Positions 44,757 to 56,891 are shown, counted from the first letter of the stretch. The stretch is 64,000 bases of DNA from an uncultured Planctomycetia bacterium (GCA_964372765.1 CAYJSE010000002.1:15125-79124); one strand, 5' to 3'. Notes: a model not told the origin generated them from the letters alone. Made by a program: numbers and translations.

Positions 44757-44801
44757 TCCGCCTCAAGAAAAAATTTAAATTGTTAAATTGGAGGAGTATC
44801 T

Positions 44802-46346
44802 ATGGCACAGCTAACCACGGGGAGGTCCAGGTCCGGCCGCAAGGCACAGGCCGCCTCTAAAAACGGGAGTATCTCGGTGAGCAATACCGCAGCATCCAAG
44901 CTGCACGTCGCAGCGACGGAGGAAGGCGTCAAGAAAGTATGGCGATTGATCCGCGAAAATGACATCAAAATCGTGGATCTCAAGTTCAACGATCTGCCGG
45001 GTCTCTGGCAGCACTTTTCAATCCCTATTCATGAATTGGACGAAGATCATCGCAAGGGTATTTGGGCCGACGGTATAGGGTTTGACGGCTCATCGATCCG
45101 CGGTTTCCAGAAGATTCAAGAGTCGGACATGAACCTTTATCTCGACACCTCGACGGCGGTGGTGGATCCCGCTTGTGACATACCGACCTTAAGCGTGATC
45201 TGCGATATTTTTGATCCGCTGTCGAAAAAGCCGTACAGCCGCGATCCTCGTTTCATCGCTAAAAAGGCCGAAGCGTATCTGAAAAGCACCGGCATCGCGA
45301 CCATCAGCTACTGGGGTCCGGAAGCCGAGTTCTTTGTGTTTGACGGCATCCGCTTTGACCAGACCGAAAATGAGGGTTACTACTTCATTGATTCGGGTGA
45401 GGGTGAGTGGAACTCCGGGCGCGACGAGAGGCCAAATCTGGGTTACAAACCCCGTTTCAAGGAAGGCTATTTTCCGGTGCCGCCGCATGACTCGATGCAG
45501 GATCTGCGCAGTGAGATGATCCTCAAGATGATCGCCGCGGGCATCCCGGTGGAGAAACAGCACCATGAAGTGGCCACGGCAGGTCAAGCGGAAATCGATA
45601 TCCGCTACAGCTCGCTCGTGAAAACAGCCGACAGCATGATGCTGTACAAGTACATTGTGAAAAATGTGGCGAGGAAAAGAGGCAAAGTTGCGACATTTAT
45701 GCCGAAGCCGCTTTTTGGCGACAACGGTTCCGGAATGCACACGCACCAGAGTCTCTTCAAGGACGATCAGGCGCTATTTGCCGATAAAAACGGCTATGCG
45801 GGGATCAGCCAGATGTGCAAATGGTATATCGGCGGTCTCTTGAAGCACGCGGCGTCTATCCTGGCATTTGCGGCGCCGACCACCAACTCCTACAAGCGAT
45901 TGGTGCCGGGCTACGAAGCGCCGGTGAATCTCGTGTATTCGGCTCGCAACCGTTCCGCGGCTTGCCGAATCCCGATGTACACCGAACATGCGCGCGCCAA
46001 ACGCATCGAGTTTCGTCCGCCGGATCCATCCTGCAATCCGTATCTGGCGTTCTCGGCGATGCTGATGGCCGGTCTGGATGGTATCCAGAACCGTATCGAC
46101 CCGGGTCAGCCGCTTGAAAAGAATACCTACGAGCTGAGCGAGGAAGAGTCCGCGAAGATTCGCACCGTGCCCGGTTCGCTGGGAGAATCCCTGAATGCTC
46201 TTGAAAAAGATCACGACTTCCTGTTGAAAGGCGGCGTGTTTACGCAGGACGTGATCGATGTATGGCTCGAGTACAAGCGTCAGGAGATTCCCAAAGTGAG
46301 GCTGCGGCCGCATCCGTACGAATTCTACCTTTACTTTGACATTTAA
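44802..46346 (+). CDS. glnA: glutamine synthetase type I with ~40-aa basic N-terminal extension
   Basis: [12 protein letters not shown], catalytic motifs GSGMHTHQS and the adenylylation-region NLY. The N-terminal extension is in frame behind a good SD. Confidence 0.9.
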   Translation: MAQLTTGRSRSGRKAQAASKNGSISVSNTAASKLHVAATEEGVKKVWRLIRENDIKIVDLKFNDLPGLWQHFSIPIHELDEDHRKGIWADGIGFDGSSIRGFQKIQESDMNLYLDTSTAVVDPACDIPTLSVICDIFDPLSKKPYSRDPRFIAKKAEAYLKSTGIATISYWGPEAEFFVFDGIRFDQTENEGYYFIDSGEGEWNSGRDERPNLGYKPRFKEGYFPVPPHDSMQDLRSEMILKMIAAGIPVEKQHHEVATAGQAEIDIRYSSLVKTADSMMLYKYIVKNVARKRGKVATFMPKPLFGDNGSGMHTHQSLFKDDQALFADKNGYAGISQMCKWYIGGLLKHAASILAFAAPTTNSYKRLVPGYEAPVNLVYSARNRSAACRIPMYTEHARAKRIEFRPPDPSCNPYLAFSAMLMAGLDGIQNRIDPGQPLEKNTYELSEEESAKIRTVPGSLGESLNALEKDHDFLLKGGVFTQDVIDVWLEYKRQEIPKVRLRPHPYEFYLYFDI

Positions 46347-46364
46347 TCGCGCAAGGTAAAGTGC

Positions 46365-46416
46365 TTTTGCCCCGCCTTTCCGAAGCGGTTTTCACCGTCT
46401 AGGAAAGGCGGGGTTT
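46365..46416 (+). terminator. rho-independent terminator of glnA (CCCCGCCTTTCC...GGAAAGGCGGGG + TTTTTTAT)
   Basis: A 12-bp GC-rich stem followed by a T-run, read directly. Confidence 0.8.
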
Positions 46417-46441
46417 TTTATCATCAGCGCAATCTCTCAGA

Positions 46442-46978
46442 GTGGATACCGCCGTTTTTTATTTTCTAAATCACCTGCCGCATCCTGGATGGGCGGATCA
46501 GATTTCCTTGTGGATAGATGTTTTGGGGGATCGCACGGTCGCTTTCGTGCTGATCGGCCTGTGGTTGGTCGTGAGTGTTTTGCGCCGCCGGTCTCAAAGT
46601 ACGCGGCAAGCGGCTTGCTTTTTAACCGCATTTATCTTGGCCGCTATTTTGGTATATTTCTTAAAAAACGGATTCGACCGCCCGCGGCCGTATCTCGTCT
46701 TGTCGGATGTGTACTATTTGGGGGACACCTCCAGTTACGGATCCTTTCCTTCGGGCCACGCCACGGCATTTGGGGCCTGGGCTTTTTTTACTCAAATTTG
46801 GAATGTTAGAGGAAAGTGGATTTGGCTGGGCGTCGCTTTGGTCGGAGGCGTTTCGCGCGTTTACCAGGGGGTGCATTTCCCTAGCGATGTTTTGGCGGGG
46901 TGGCTGTTGGGCGCCGCGGTTACGTTTTTCGTCAGTATTGCCTATCGGCGTGTATTTGGGTATAATCGGGCTGGTTAA
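46442..46978 (+). CDS. PAP2-family membrane phosphatase
   Basis: The KxxxxxxRP, PSGH and SRxxxxxHxxxD motifs (RPRP, FPSGHAT, YQGVHFPSDV). Confidence 0.8.
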   Translation: MDTAVFYFLNHLPHPGWADQISLWIDVLGDRTVAFVLIGLWLVVSVLRRRSQSTRQAACFLTAFILAAILVYFLKNGFDRPRPYLVLSDVYYLGDTSSYGSFPSGHATAFGAWAFFTQIWNVRGKWIWLGVALVGGVSRVYQGVHFPSDVLAGWLLGAAVTFFVSIAYRRVFGYNRAG

Positions 46979-46999
46979 ATAAACAAAAAGGACCCTTTC

Positions 47000-48232
47000 G
47001 TGTATCGATCACTTTATAAAGATGACTATTTAACAGACCGTGAACGTAAAAACATTATTCTTTTGGATGTAATCCGCCGCAACGGCCCGATCGCAAAGAC
47101 GGACATTTCCCGTATTACCCAATTTAATATTGTGACGGTTTCCAACTACGTGGAGCACTATATCGACCAGAATTTAGTCGTCGAGAAGGGGCTCGACATC
47201 TCGAGCGGCGGCCGTCGGCCGGAGCTGATCGAGTTGAACGCCGAATGGGCGTATCTCGTGGGTCTTGAGATAGCCCCCACGCATATCATCGCGATGGTTT
47301 CAAACCTGGCGCCGATGATCGTCCACAAAGTCAAGGAGAAGCGCCCCGCCGGCCACATGGAGGTGGTGATCACGGAAGCAGTGAAGCTGGTGCGCCGCGT
47401 GATTCAAGAGTCCAAGATTCCCATTGAGAAGATCAAAGGCGTCGGTCTCGGCATGTCGGGTGTGATTGATAAAAGCGCCGGCACCGTGCGTGACACGGAC
47501 GCGCTTCGAGGGAAAACCGTGGGCAATTTCACATCGGCAAAATCGATCCTGGAGAAAGAATTTCGTGTGCCGGTGTCCGTGGGCAACGACGCGAGTCTCG
47601 CAGCGCTGGCCGAGAAAAAATTGAGTCTGCGCATTGACGACGAAAATGTAATTTATTTTTATTCGGATGTGGGCAGTGGCATTATCGCCAACAACGATCT
47701 CTACTGGGGCTCCAGTTGGAGCGCCGGCGAGATTCAGCTTAGTTTCCAAAATAGCAACACCCAAGAGACGCTGCAGTTGGAGCCCTGGGTTTATCAGACG
47801 GACTTTTTTAAATCCAGAGGTTTGGATTTAGGCATGGTGGCCAATGCCCGGAAGGCCATCGAGGGCGGCGCCAAAACGAAGATTATGGATATGGCCGGGA
47901 AGAGTCTCGATAAGATCGATGCCAGCATGATTTACGAAGCGGCTAAAAAGGAAGACGCCGTGGCGATACAGATCGTCGAAGAGGCCTGTTCGCGTCTCGG
48001 GCTGAAGGTGGCTTACTTGACTAACTTTTTCAACCCCGAAGTGGTGGTGCTGGGCGGGGGCGTCGAAAAGGGCGGGGAGCTGGTCCTCAATACGGTGCGG
48101 CGCGTCGTGAAGCAGCTTGTGATGGAAGAAGTTTCCGGAATCGTTAAAATCATCCTTTCACGCCTCGGTGAAGACGCGGTGGCCTACGGCGCCGTGTCGC
48201 TGGTGACTCAAGAGCTGTTTGCGGAGGTGTAA
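47000..48232 (+). CDS. ROK-family transcriptional regulator (N-terminal wHTH + sugar-kinase-like domain)
   Basis: An N-terminal HTH (ILLDVIRRNGPIAKTDISRITQFNIVTV) and a ROK domain. Confidence 0.8.
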   Translation: MYRSLYKDDYLTDRERKNIILLDVIRRNGPIAKTDISRITQFNIVTVSNYVEHYIDQNLVVEKGLDISSGGRRPELIELNAEWAYLVGLEIAPTHIIAMVSNLAPMIVHKVKEKRPAGHMEVVITEAVKLVRRVIQESKIPIEKIKGVGLGMSGVIDKSAGTVRDTDALRGKTVGNFTSAKSILEKEFRVPVSVGNDASLAALAEKKLSLRIDDENVIYFYSDVGSGIIANNDLYWGSSWSAGEIQLSFQNSNTQETLQLEPWVYQTDFFKSRGLDLGMVANARKAIEGGAKTKIMDMAGKSLDKIDASMIYEAAKKEDAVAIQIVEEACSRLGLKVAYLTNFFNPEVVVLGGGVEKGGELVLNTVRRVVKQLVMEEVSGIVKIILSRLGEDAVAYGAVSLVTQELFAEV

Positions 48233-48235
48233 CCC

Positions 48236-49462
48236 TTGCCGGTTGCCACAAGACGTCGCCTTTTAGATCACGCGGAGCTGAACGACCACGAGAAGAAAAA
48301 TCTTCAGATCCTCGACACGATCCGCAAAAAAGGTCCCATCGCGCGCGCTGAAATTTCCCGCCTCATCGGCCTCAATATCGTCACGGTTACGAGCTACGTC
48401 GATCAATACATCCGAAAGGGAGTGATCAAGGAAGTCGGTGTGGATGTTTCGAGCGGCGGCCGGAAGCCCACGCTCGTCGATCTAAATCCCGAAGCGGTGT
48501 ACCTGGTGGGCGTGGGGCTCAACTTTGTGGACATGATCGCCGTGCTCTGCAATCTGAAAGGGGAAATCGTTTATCAGGCCAAAAAGGAAAGGGCGCTTCA
48601 GTCCGGCGAGACGCTCGTGACGTCGCTAATCGAGCTTGTGGACAGTCTGATACGCCAGTCCAAAGTGGATACGGGAAAGATACACGGCATTGGCATCGGC
48701 ATCCCGGGAATTTTTAACCGAGACACCGGCTCCGTGCGATGGCCGGCGGGCCTACTGGACTCGGATCTTTCGATCACGGTTTCCGTTCACAATGTTTTTG
48801 AAGAACGATTTGGCATCCCAACCATCGTGGACAATGACGCCAACACCGCCGTATTTGGGGAAGAGTGGTATTCCAAAGGTTTGGGCGTGGACCACGCGAT
48901 TTACCTGTACTCCGGCAACGGCTGTGGGTTTATGATCAACGGCCAGATCTATCGCGGCATGAACGGCTGCGCGGGGGAGTGGTTATTTAATGTCGAGGAC
49001 GATAACCCTCTGCCGGACGCGGTGGAGGCCTTCAAGGCCGGCATCTGGAACGTGGATCTCGGGGTGGCGCTTCGCGCTCAGAACGCGCAAAAGTCGCATC
49101 CCGATTCAAAGATTTATCCGTTAGTAAAAGGGGATGTTAAAAAAATAACGATCGCGACCGTGGTTCAGGCGGCCGACGAGGGGGATGCCTGGGCCATACA
49201 GCTTTTAAAGGAAGCCGGAAGCCGCTTGGGCCGCAAGGCCGCATTTTTGGTCAATCTTTTTAATCCTGAGATTATCATCGTCGGCGGCGGGATTGAGGTT
49301 GGCGGAGCGTCGCTGATGGACGCGGTGCGGGACGCCGTCAAGCACATGGCTGTTCCCGAGGCCACCGAGAAACTCAAGATTATTCCTTCACAGCTCGGCG
49401 AAAACGCGGTGTCGCTCGGCGCCGCGGCGCTCGTGGCCCAGAATTACTTTATCAGTGTCTAG
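48236..49462 (+). CDS. ROK-family transcriptional regulator, tandem paralogue
   Basis: Same architecture as the upstream gene (ILDTIRKKGPIARAEISRLIGLNIVTV), with a TTG start. Confidence 0.8.
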   Translation: MPVATRRRLLDHAELNDHEKKNLQILDTIRKKGPIARAEISRLIGLNIVTVTSYVDQYIRKGVIKEVGVDVSSGGRKPTLVDLNPEAVYLVGVGLNFVDMIAVLCNLKGEIVYQAKKERALQSGETLVTSLIELVDSLIRQSKVDTGKIHGIGIGIPGIFNRDTGSVRWPAGLLDSDLSITVSVHNVFEERFGIPTIVDNDANTAVFGEEWYSKGLGVDHAIYLYSGNGCGFMINGQIYRGMNGCAGEWLFNVEDDNPLPDAVEAFKAGIWNVDLGVALRAQNAQKSHPDSKIYPLVKGDVKKITIATVVQAADEGDAWAIQLLKEAGSRLGRKAAFLVNLFNPEIIIVGGGIEVGGASLMDAVRDAVKHMAVPEATEKLKIIPSQLGENAVSLGAAALVAQNYFISV

Positions 49463-49835
49463 CCTGACGGAACAGCGCACTTGCATTTTTTGCCAGTCAC
49501 CGTTTGCCGCGAATAAGTATTCTCCGAAACAAAAAGTCTGCTCGAATCCCGAGTGCCAAAAAAAGCGCCAGCTGGAGAGCATGCGTGTCTGGCGGGAGCG
49601 CAACCCCAACTATTTTAAGTATGACGAGTCCAAAGGCGCCGCCTGGATCGAAAATCAGCGTAAACGCTCCCGTGTCTGGCGCCAGAACAATCCAGACAAG
49701 ATCCGTTCTTACCGCCAGGCGCACATGGAGGAGTACCGCGTCTACATGCGCGAGTACATGCGCAAGTACCGCGAGAAGAAAACCCCCGATTCTTCCGCGA
49801 CTCCGCCCACCGAAAATTTACCCACACAGCCTTAA
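49455..49835 (+). CDS. basic C4 zinc-ribbon protein with internal repeat (KRQLESMRVWRERNPNYFKY / KRSRVWRQNNPDKIRSY), function unknown
   Basis: CIFC...CSNPEC, highly basic and Tyr-rich. It overlaps the ROK-2 stop by 8 nt. Confidence 0.5.
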   Translation: MSSLTEQRTCIFCQSPFAANKYSPKQKVCSNPECQKKRQLESMRVWRERNPNYFKYDESKGAAWIENQRKRSRVWRQNNPDKIRSYRQAHMEEYRVYMREYMRKYREKKTPDSSATPPTENLPTQP

Positions 49836-49860
49836 CGTCAACCTAATCTGTCGATTACGG

Positions 49861-49889
49861 TTGACAATGAAAAATAATCTGGCTAATCT
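49861..49889 (+). promoter_or_regulatory. consensus sigma70 promoter TTGACA-17-TAATCT upstream of bioB, flanked by 10-bp direct repeats CTAATCTGTC (49844-49853, 49883-49892)
   Basis: A perfect -35 hexamer with a 17-bp spacer. The direct repeats sit 39 bp apart and bracket the -35. Confidence 0.55.
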
Positions 49890-49975
49890 GTCATTGCGAG
49901 GGCACAAAGTGCCCGAAGCAATCTATGCACATGGATTGCTTCGTCGGTCGCCTGCGGCGACCTCCTCGCAATGAC
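49890..49975 (+). ncRNA. candidate structured leader RNA: 12-bp closing stem GTCATTGCGAGG/CCTCGCAATGAC enclosing three hairpins (GGGCAC-AAA-GTGCCC; GAAGCAATC-N10-GATTGCTTC; GGTCGCC-TGC-GGCGACC)
   Basis: All four helices are perfect Watson-Crick pairs, read directly. The element starts at the predicted TSS and ends 35 nt before the bioB GTG. Confidence 0.35.
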
Positions 49976-50010
49976 GGGATAATAACTATTCCAATGATCA
50001 TGGAGATGCC

Positions 50011-50994
50011 GTGCTGGGTCTAATCCTACGTGTTCGTCAGCACGTCTTAAACGGCCAGCCCGTTTCTTACGACGATGCGTTGGCGCTCACGGCAATTTCG
50101 GGCGTCGAAATCCCCTATCTCGCCGCCGCTGCCAATGAAGTCCGAAAACAGTTTGCGGGCGATACGATCGAATCTTGCGCGCTATCCAATATCAAGAGCG
50201 GCAATTGCAGTGAAGACTGCAAGTTCTGCGCCCAGTCTGGCCACTATAAAACAGACGCTCCTGTTTATCCGCAGATCAGCGTTCAGGAGATCATGGCGCA
50301 GGCCCGCGCGGCCGAGGCGATGGGCGCCACCGAGTTTTGTCTCGTGTCGAGCGGATGGGGCGCTACGAATGAAAATGAATTTGAGGTTGTCTTGGAAGCG
50401 GTGCGCCGCATCTCGACGGAAACCAAGATGTTCGCCGATTGTTCGCTCGGCTTTATGACACCCGAACAATTGGAGCGGCTGAAAGAAGCGGGGCTCTACC
50501 GCAACAACCACAATCTGGAGGCCTCAAAGGGCTATTTTGACAAGGTGTGCGCCACGCACACGCACGAACAGCGCATGCGCCATGTGGAGATGGTGCGGCA
50601 CACTGGGATTCACCCCTGCTCCGGCGGCATCTTGGGAATGGGTGAAACGCCGAAAGACCGCGTGGATTTGGCATTTGAGTTGAAAAAACTTGAGGCGCAT
50701 TGCGTCCCTATCAACATTTTAAATCCGAGAGCCGGCACGCCACTCGGGGATGTCGCGCCGCTGGAGCCCATGGAAATCATAAAGTATATCGCGATCTTTC
50801 GTCTCGTACTTCCCAAGAGCACGATCAAAATCGCCGGCGGTCGGGAGGTCAATTTGCGTGATTTGCAGGCGATGGGGATGCAGGCCGGGGCGAACGGTCT
50901 TATCATCGGCAACTATTTGACGACGATGGGGCGAAATCCCGCGCAGGATATTCAGATGTTGAAGGACTTAGGTTTTGTATTGGCAGCAGCTTGA
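50011..50994 (+). CDS. bioB: biotin synthase BioB (radical SAM)
   Basis: The Cx3Cx2C motif (CSEDCKFC) and YNHNLE-type motifs. It has a GTG start with SD GGAG. Confidence 0.9.
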   Translation: MLGLILRVRQHVLNGQPVSYDDALALTAISGVEIPYLAAAANEVRKQFAGDTIESCALSNIKSGNCSEDCKFCAQSGHYKTDAPVYPQISVQEIMAQARAAEAMGATEFCLVSSGWGATNENEFEVVLEAVRRISTETKMFADCSLGFMTPEQLERLKEAGLYRNNHNLEASKGYFDKVCATHTHEQRMRHVEMVRHTGIHPCSGGILGMGETPKDRVDLAFELKKLEAHCVPINILNPRAGTPLGDVAPLEPMEIIKYIAIFRLVLPKSTIKIAGGREVNLRDLQAMGMQAGANGLIIGNYLTTMGRNPAQDIQMLKDLGFVLAAA

Positions 50995-52083
50995 CGATGA
51001 TTTAAAAGTTTTAAAATCGAAGCGTCTTTACCGAACTCTCCCTAAACTCACATCGGCGATCGATTTTTCTTCCAACAATTATCTGGGTCTTGCCACACAC
51101 CCACGCGTGGTCCGGGCGGCCCAAACCGCCGCTAAAAAGTGGGGAACGGGCAGCGGCGCCTCGAGACTTCTTTCGGGAAATCTAAAAGTTCACTCAAGTT
51201 TAGAAAATGCCCTCGCCCGTTTCAAAAAAGAAGAAGCCGCGACGGTTTTTTCTTCCGGTTATTTGGCCAATTTGGCGGCGGTGACGGCCCTCTTGAACGA
51301 AGAGGACCTCGTGATTCTGGACCGCTTCAGCCACGCCAGTCTTGTCGATGCCGCGAGACTCAGCCGGGCGAAGCTCTGGGTGTACCCGCACAAGAGCTTG
51401 GCTGTGTTAAGAAAACTGCTTGGGAAATCAAAAGGTTTTCGCCGAAAACTGGTTGTGACAGATGCTTACTTCAGTATGGACGGAGACTTGGCCCCGCTCG
51501 GGGATTTGCTCGAAGTTTGCCACGAAAACCGAGCCATGCTGATGATCGACGAAGCGCATTCGACGGGGATTTTCGGCAAAACCGGGCGCGGCGCCACCGA
51601 GCATTTTGGGATTTCGGGCCAGGTGGATGTCGTGATGGGCACTTTGAGCAAGGCGCTCGGCAGCGTCGGGGGATTCGTCGCGGGAAAGCATATTTTAAAA
51701 GAATGCTTGGTCAATCGCGCGCGGACATTCATCTACACGACAGCGCCGAGTCCCGTCACAAGCGCCGCGGCGCTGGAAGCGCTTCGGGTGATCCAAGAAG
51801 AGCCGGGCCTACGCGCCGGTTTGTGGAAAAATATCCGTTTCGTGAGGGAGTGCTTGCGCGGGCTTGGGTTTGATCTATCGGACTCGGAAGGGCCGATTAT
51901 CCCGATCGTGCTGGGCAACACCGCGAAGGTACTCAAACTCTCCGAACGGCTAAAGAAAGAAGGAATCATCGCTCCGGCGATACGGCCTCCCACGGTGCCG
52001 AAAGGCACAGACCGGATTCGTCTGTCCGTCAGCGTGTCACACAGTCAGAGTGATTTAGAAAAATTGATAGGGGTTTTTAAGAA

Positions 52084-52105
<22 letters not shown>
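50975..52105 (+). CDS. bioF: 8-amino-7-oxononanoate synthase BioF
   Basis: A PLP-dependent acyltransferase (SSGYLANL, DEAHSTG, SKALG). Confidence 0.85.
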
Positions 52106-54053
<1,948 letters not shown>

Positions 54054-54065
54054 TAAATTGATCGC

Positions 54066-55166
54066 TTGAAAACGCCTCTCTACGATTTCCACGTTGCCCT
54101 CCAGGGAAAAATCGTCAACTTCGGCGGTTGGGCCTTGCCGGTTTACTATACGAGCATCTTAAATGAACACCGATGGACGCGCGAATCGTGCGGCGTGTTT
54201 GACGTTTCGCATTTGGGGGAGATCCATGTCCAGGGTTCGGGCGCTTTCGATTTTTTGCAGCGGCGGCTGACGAATGACCTGAATAAGCTTGTCGACCGCA
54301 AAATATTGTACAGTCTTCTTTGCGACGAGAAGGGTTTCACACTGGATGATATTTTGATTTATCAAGAAGCCCGCGACGACTATTACCTGATCGTGAACGC
54401 TTCGACGATCGAGAGCGATTTTGAGGCGCTTGCGCGCACCGTGTCCGGAGGCGTTCAGCTCACCAATCATAGCGATCAGACGGCCTGCATCGCGGTTCAG
54501 GGACCTCGTTCCGAAGGGATTTTAGAGACACTTTTCGGTTTTGAACTCAAAACGCTTCGGTATTACTTTTTTAAGCAAGAGACATTTCAAGACAAGCCGG
54601 TCTGGGTTTCACGCAGCGGTTACACCGGAGAGGATGGCTTTGAGATTTTTTGTCCCAGCGCCCAAAGCCCGGCGATCTGGGAGCGGCTCGTGAAAGACGG
54701 CCGACATCTTGGGATTTTGCCATGCGGCCTGGGTTCGCGCAACACGTTGAGGCTAGAGGCGGGAAACATTCTCTACGGCGCGGATTTGGATACGGCTACG
54801 ACGCCGATCGAGGCAGGCCTTTCATGGGCCGTGTCGTTTTCTAAAGGACCTTTTGTGGGACGCGACGCGCTTTTAAAACAAAAGGAGTCGGGCCCTCAAA
54901 AGAAACTCGTCGGTTTTAAAGTGCTCGATAAGCCAATCGCCCGCGAGCATTACCCACTATTAAAGGAAGGTCGGCGCGTGGGCATCGTCACGAGCGGTTC
55001 TTTTGGCCCCACGGCTGGCTGCAACATCGGGCTCGGGTATGTGGAAAAAGGCTTGGCGGCCTACGGGACCGAGATCCAGATCGAAATTCACGGCCGACAC
55101 GTCAAAGCCGAGATTGTCAAACTGCCATTTGTGGCAACCAACCATAAAAAAATAATGAAAGGGTGA
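54066..55166 (+). CDS. gcvT: glycine cleavage system aminomethyltransferase GcvT
   Basis: GcvT N-terminal motifs (LYDFH, GWALPVYY, DVSHLGE). Confidence 0.9.
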   Translation: MKTPLYDFHVALQGKIVNFGGWALPVYYTSILNEHRWTRESCGVFDVSHLGEIHVQGSGAFDFLQRRLTNDLNKLVDRKILYSLLCDEKGFTLDDILIYQEARDDYYLIVNASTIESDFEALARTVSGGVQLTNHSDQTACIAVQGPRSEGILETLFGFELKTLRYYFFKQETFQDKPVWVSRSGYTGEDGFEIFCPSAQSPAIWERLVKDGRHLGILPCGLGSRNTLRLEAGNILYGADLDTATTPIEAGLSWAVSFSKGPFVGRDALLKQKESGPQKKLVGFKVLDKPIAREHYPLLKEGRRVGIVTSGSFGPTAGCNIGLGYVEKGLAAYGTEIQIEIHGRHVKAEIVKLPFVATNHKKIMKG

Positions 55167-55167
55167 A

Positions 55168-55554
55168 ATGGATCTATCCAAATTAAAATACACCGAGACC
55201 CACGAATGGGTGAGCGTGAGTGGCGATCGGGTGACCGTGGGAATCACCGACCATGCCCAAAAAGAAATTTCGGACGTCGTGTTTGTCGAATTGCCCAAAA
55301 CCGACAGAGTCGTGAAGCAAAAGGAAGCGGCGATGGTCATTGAGTCGGTGAAAGCCGCGTTTGACATCTACGCGCCGCTTTCGGGAAAAATCGTGAAGGT
55401 AAACGAGCTATTAAAAAACCGGCCTGAGCTTATCAATCAATCTCCCTACGAAAAAGGATGGCTTTTTGAAATCGAGTGTTCGAATCCGTCCGATCTAGGC
55501 GCGCTTCTCACGCTTGATCAGTACCAAAACGTCAAGTCGGGCGCTCGCCACTAA
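55168..55554 (+). CDS. gcvH: glycine cleavage system H protein GcvH
   Basis: The lipoyl-lysine motif ESVKAAFDIYAPLSG. Confidence 0.9.
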   Translation: MDLSKLKYTETHEWVSVSGDRVTVGITDHAQKEISDVVFVELPKTDRVVKQKEAAMVIESVKAAFDIYAPLSGKIVKVNELLKNRPELINQSPYEKGWLFEIECSNPSDLGALLTLDQYQNVKSGARH

Positions 55555-55557
55555 TTC

Positions 55558-56889
55558 ATGCAGTATATCTCAAACACCCTGGAGGACAAGCAGGCGATGT
55601 TGCGGGCCATGGGTGTCGCGGATTTCGAGGAACTTCTCAAAGCCGTTCCCAAACCCTTGCGAAGCTTTGAGTGGAAAATTCCCGCCGGAGTTTCCGAACT
55701 GGAACTCGTCCGTTTTTTTGAGGAGCTGGGTCGTCACAATCAAAGTTTAAAAGACAGCGCCTGTTTCCTGGGCGCTGGGAACTATGACCATTTTGTCCCG
55801 GCGATTGTGGATCGCCTGGCGCTGCGCGGTGAGTTTATCACGGCGTACACGCCGTATCAGGGCGAGGCGAGCCAGGGCACGTTGCAGAGCATCTACGAAT
55901 ATCAAAGTCTACTGTGCGCGCTCACTGGCATGGATGTGTCCAATGCTTCGATGTACGACGGCGCTTCGAGTCTCGCCGAGGCGGCGCTGCTGGCGCTTCG
56001 TTCCGGTGACCGGAAAAAGATTCTCATTCCAACCACCGTGCATCCGGAATACCGCGCGGTCGTGAAAACCTATGTTTCCAATCTCGACGCGGAGATCGTG
56101 GAGATTCCAAGAAAAGGGGCCACGCTGGATAGTCAGGCCTTGACGGCAAATTTGGATTCCCAGGTTGCGGCTGTGGTGGTTCAACAACCCAACTTTTTTG
56201 GCGCCTTGGAAGACGTAGCGGCTATCGGTGAAGCCGCCAAAAAGGCCGGCGCGCTTTTTATTGTATGTGTGAATCCGATCAGCTTGGGTGTCTTGGCGGC
56301 GCCCGGGGAATATGGCGCCGACATCGCCGTCGGAGAAGGCCAACCGCTCGGCAACGCGATTTCGTTTGGGGGTCCGCACTTCGGATTTTTCTGCGCTAAG
56401 AATGAGCTTCTAAGGAAGATGCCCGGACGCATCGCGGGCATGAGTGTGGATAAACACGGACGCCGCGCGTTTGTGCTGACACTTCAGGCGCGCGAACAGC
56501 ACATCCGCCGCGAGAAGGCCACGTCCAATATCTGCACCAATCAGGCGCTCTGCGCGCTCAAAGCCACGATTTATCTAGCGCTTTTGGGAAAACAGGGGAT
56601 GCGTCGCGTGGGACTTTTAAACGTTGAAAATGCGCATGCCGCGTATGAGCGGCTTTTAAAAATAAAGGGCGTGCGTGAGTTTTCCAAGAAACCGTTTTTC
56701 AACGAGTTTGCGCTGTATGTGGATAAGGACGAATCTTCACTCAAGGCCAGTTTCCGCAAAAATCGTGTCACCGGCCCCTTGGCGCTTAAAAAGTTTTATC
56801 CCGACGCATCGGCGTATCTTTTTGCGGTGACGGAAAACCGCACCCTCGAGGAAATCGAACGACTAGCCAGGGCCATCGAAGAAGCATAG
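55558..56889 (+). CDS. gcvPA: glycine dehydrogenase (decarboxylating) subunit 1 GcvPA
   Basis: Typical N-terminal P-protein subunit; matched on length and context. Confidence 0.85.
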   Translation: MQYISNTLEDKQAMLRAMGVADFEELLKAVPKPLRSFEWKIPAGVSELELVRFFEELGRHNQSLKDSACFLGAGNYDHFVPAIVDRLALRGEFITAYTPYQGEASQGTLQSIYEYQSLLCALTGMDVSNASMYDGASSLAEAALLALRSGDRKKILIPTTVHPEYRAVVKTYVSNLDAEIVEIPRKGATLDSQALTANLDSQVAAVVVQQPNFFGALEDVAAIGEAAKKAGALFIVCVNPISLGVLAAPGEYGADIAVGEGQPLGNAISFGGPHFGFFCAKNELLRKMPGRIAGMSVDKHGRRAFVLTLQAREQHIRREKATSNICTNQALCALKATIYLALLGKQGMRRVGLLNVENAHAAYERLLKIKGVREFSKKPFFNEFALYVDKDESSLKASFRKNRVTGPLALKKFYPDASAYLFAVTENRTLEEIERLARAIEEA

Positions 56890-56891
56890 CC

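Noticed and set aside
44654-44801. Looked for a glnA-type glutamine riboswitch or sigma54/NtcA site in the AT-rich glnA upstream region
   Set aside because: The predicted leader is only ~45 nt. I found no TGGCAC-N5-TTGC or GTA-N8-TAC match, only a sigma70-type promoter.
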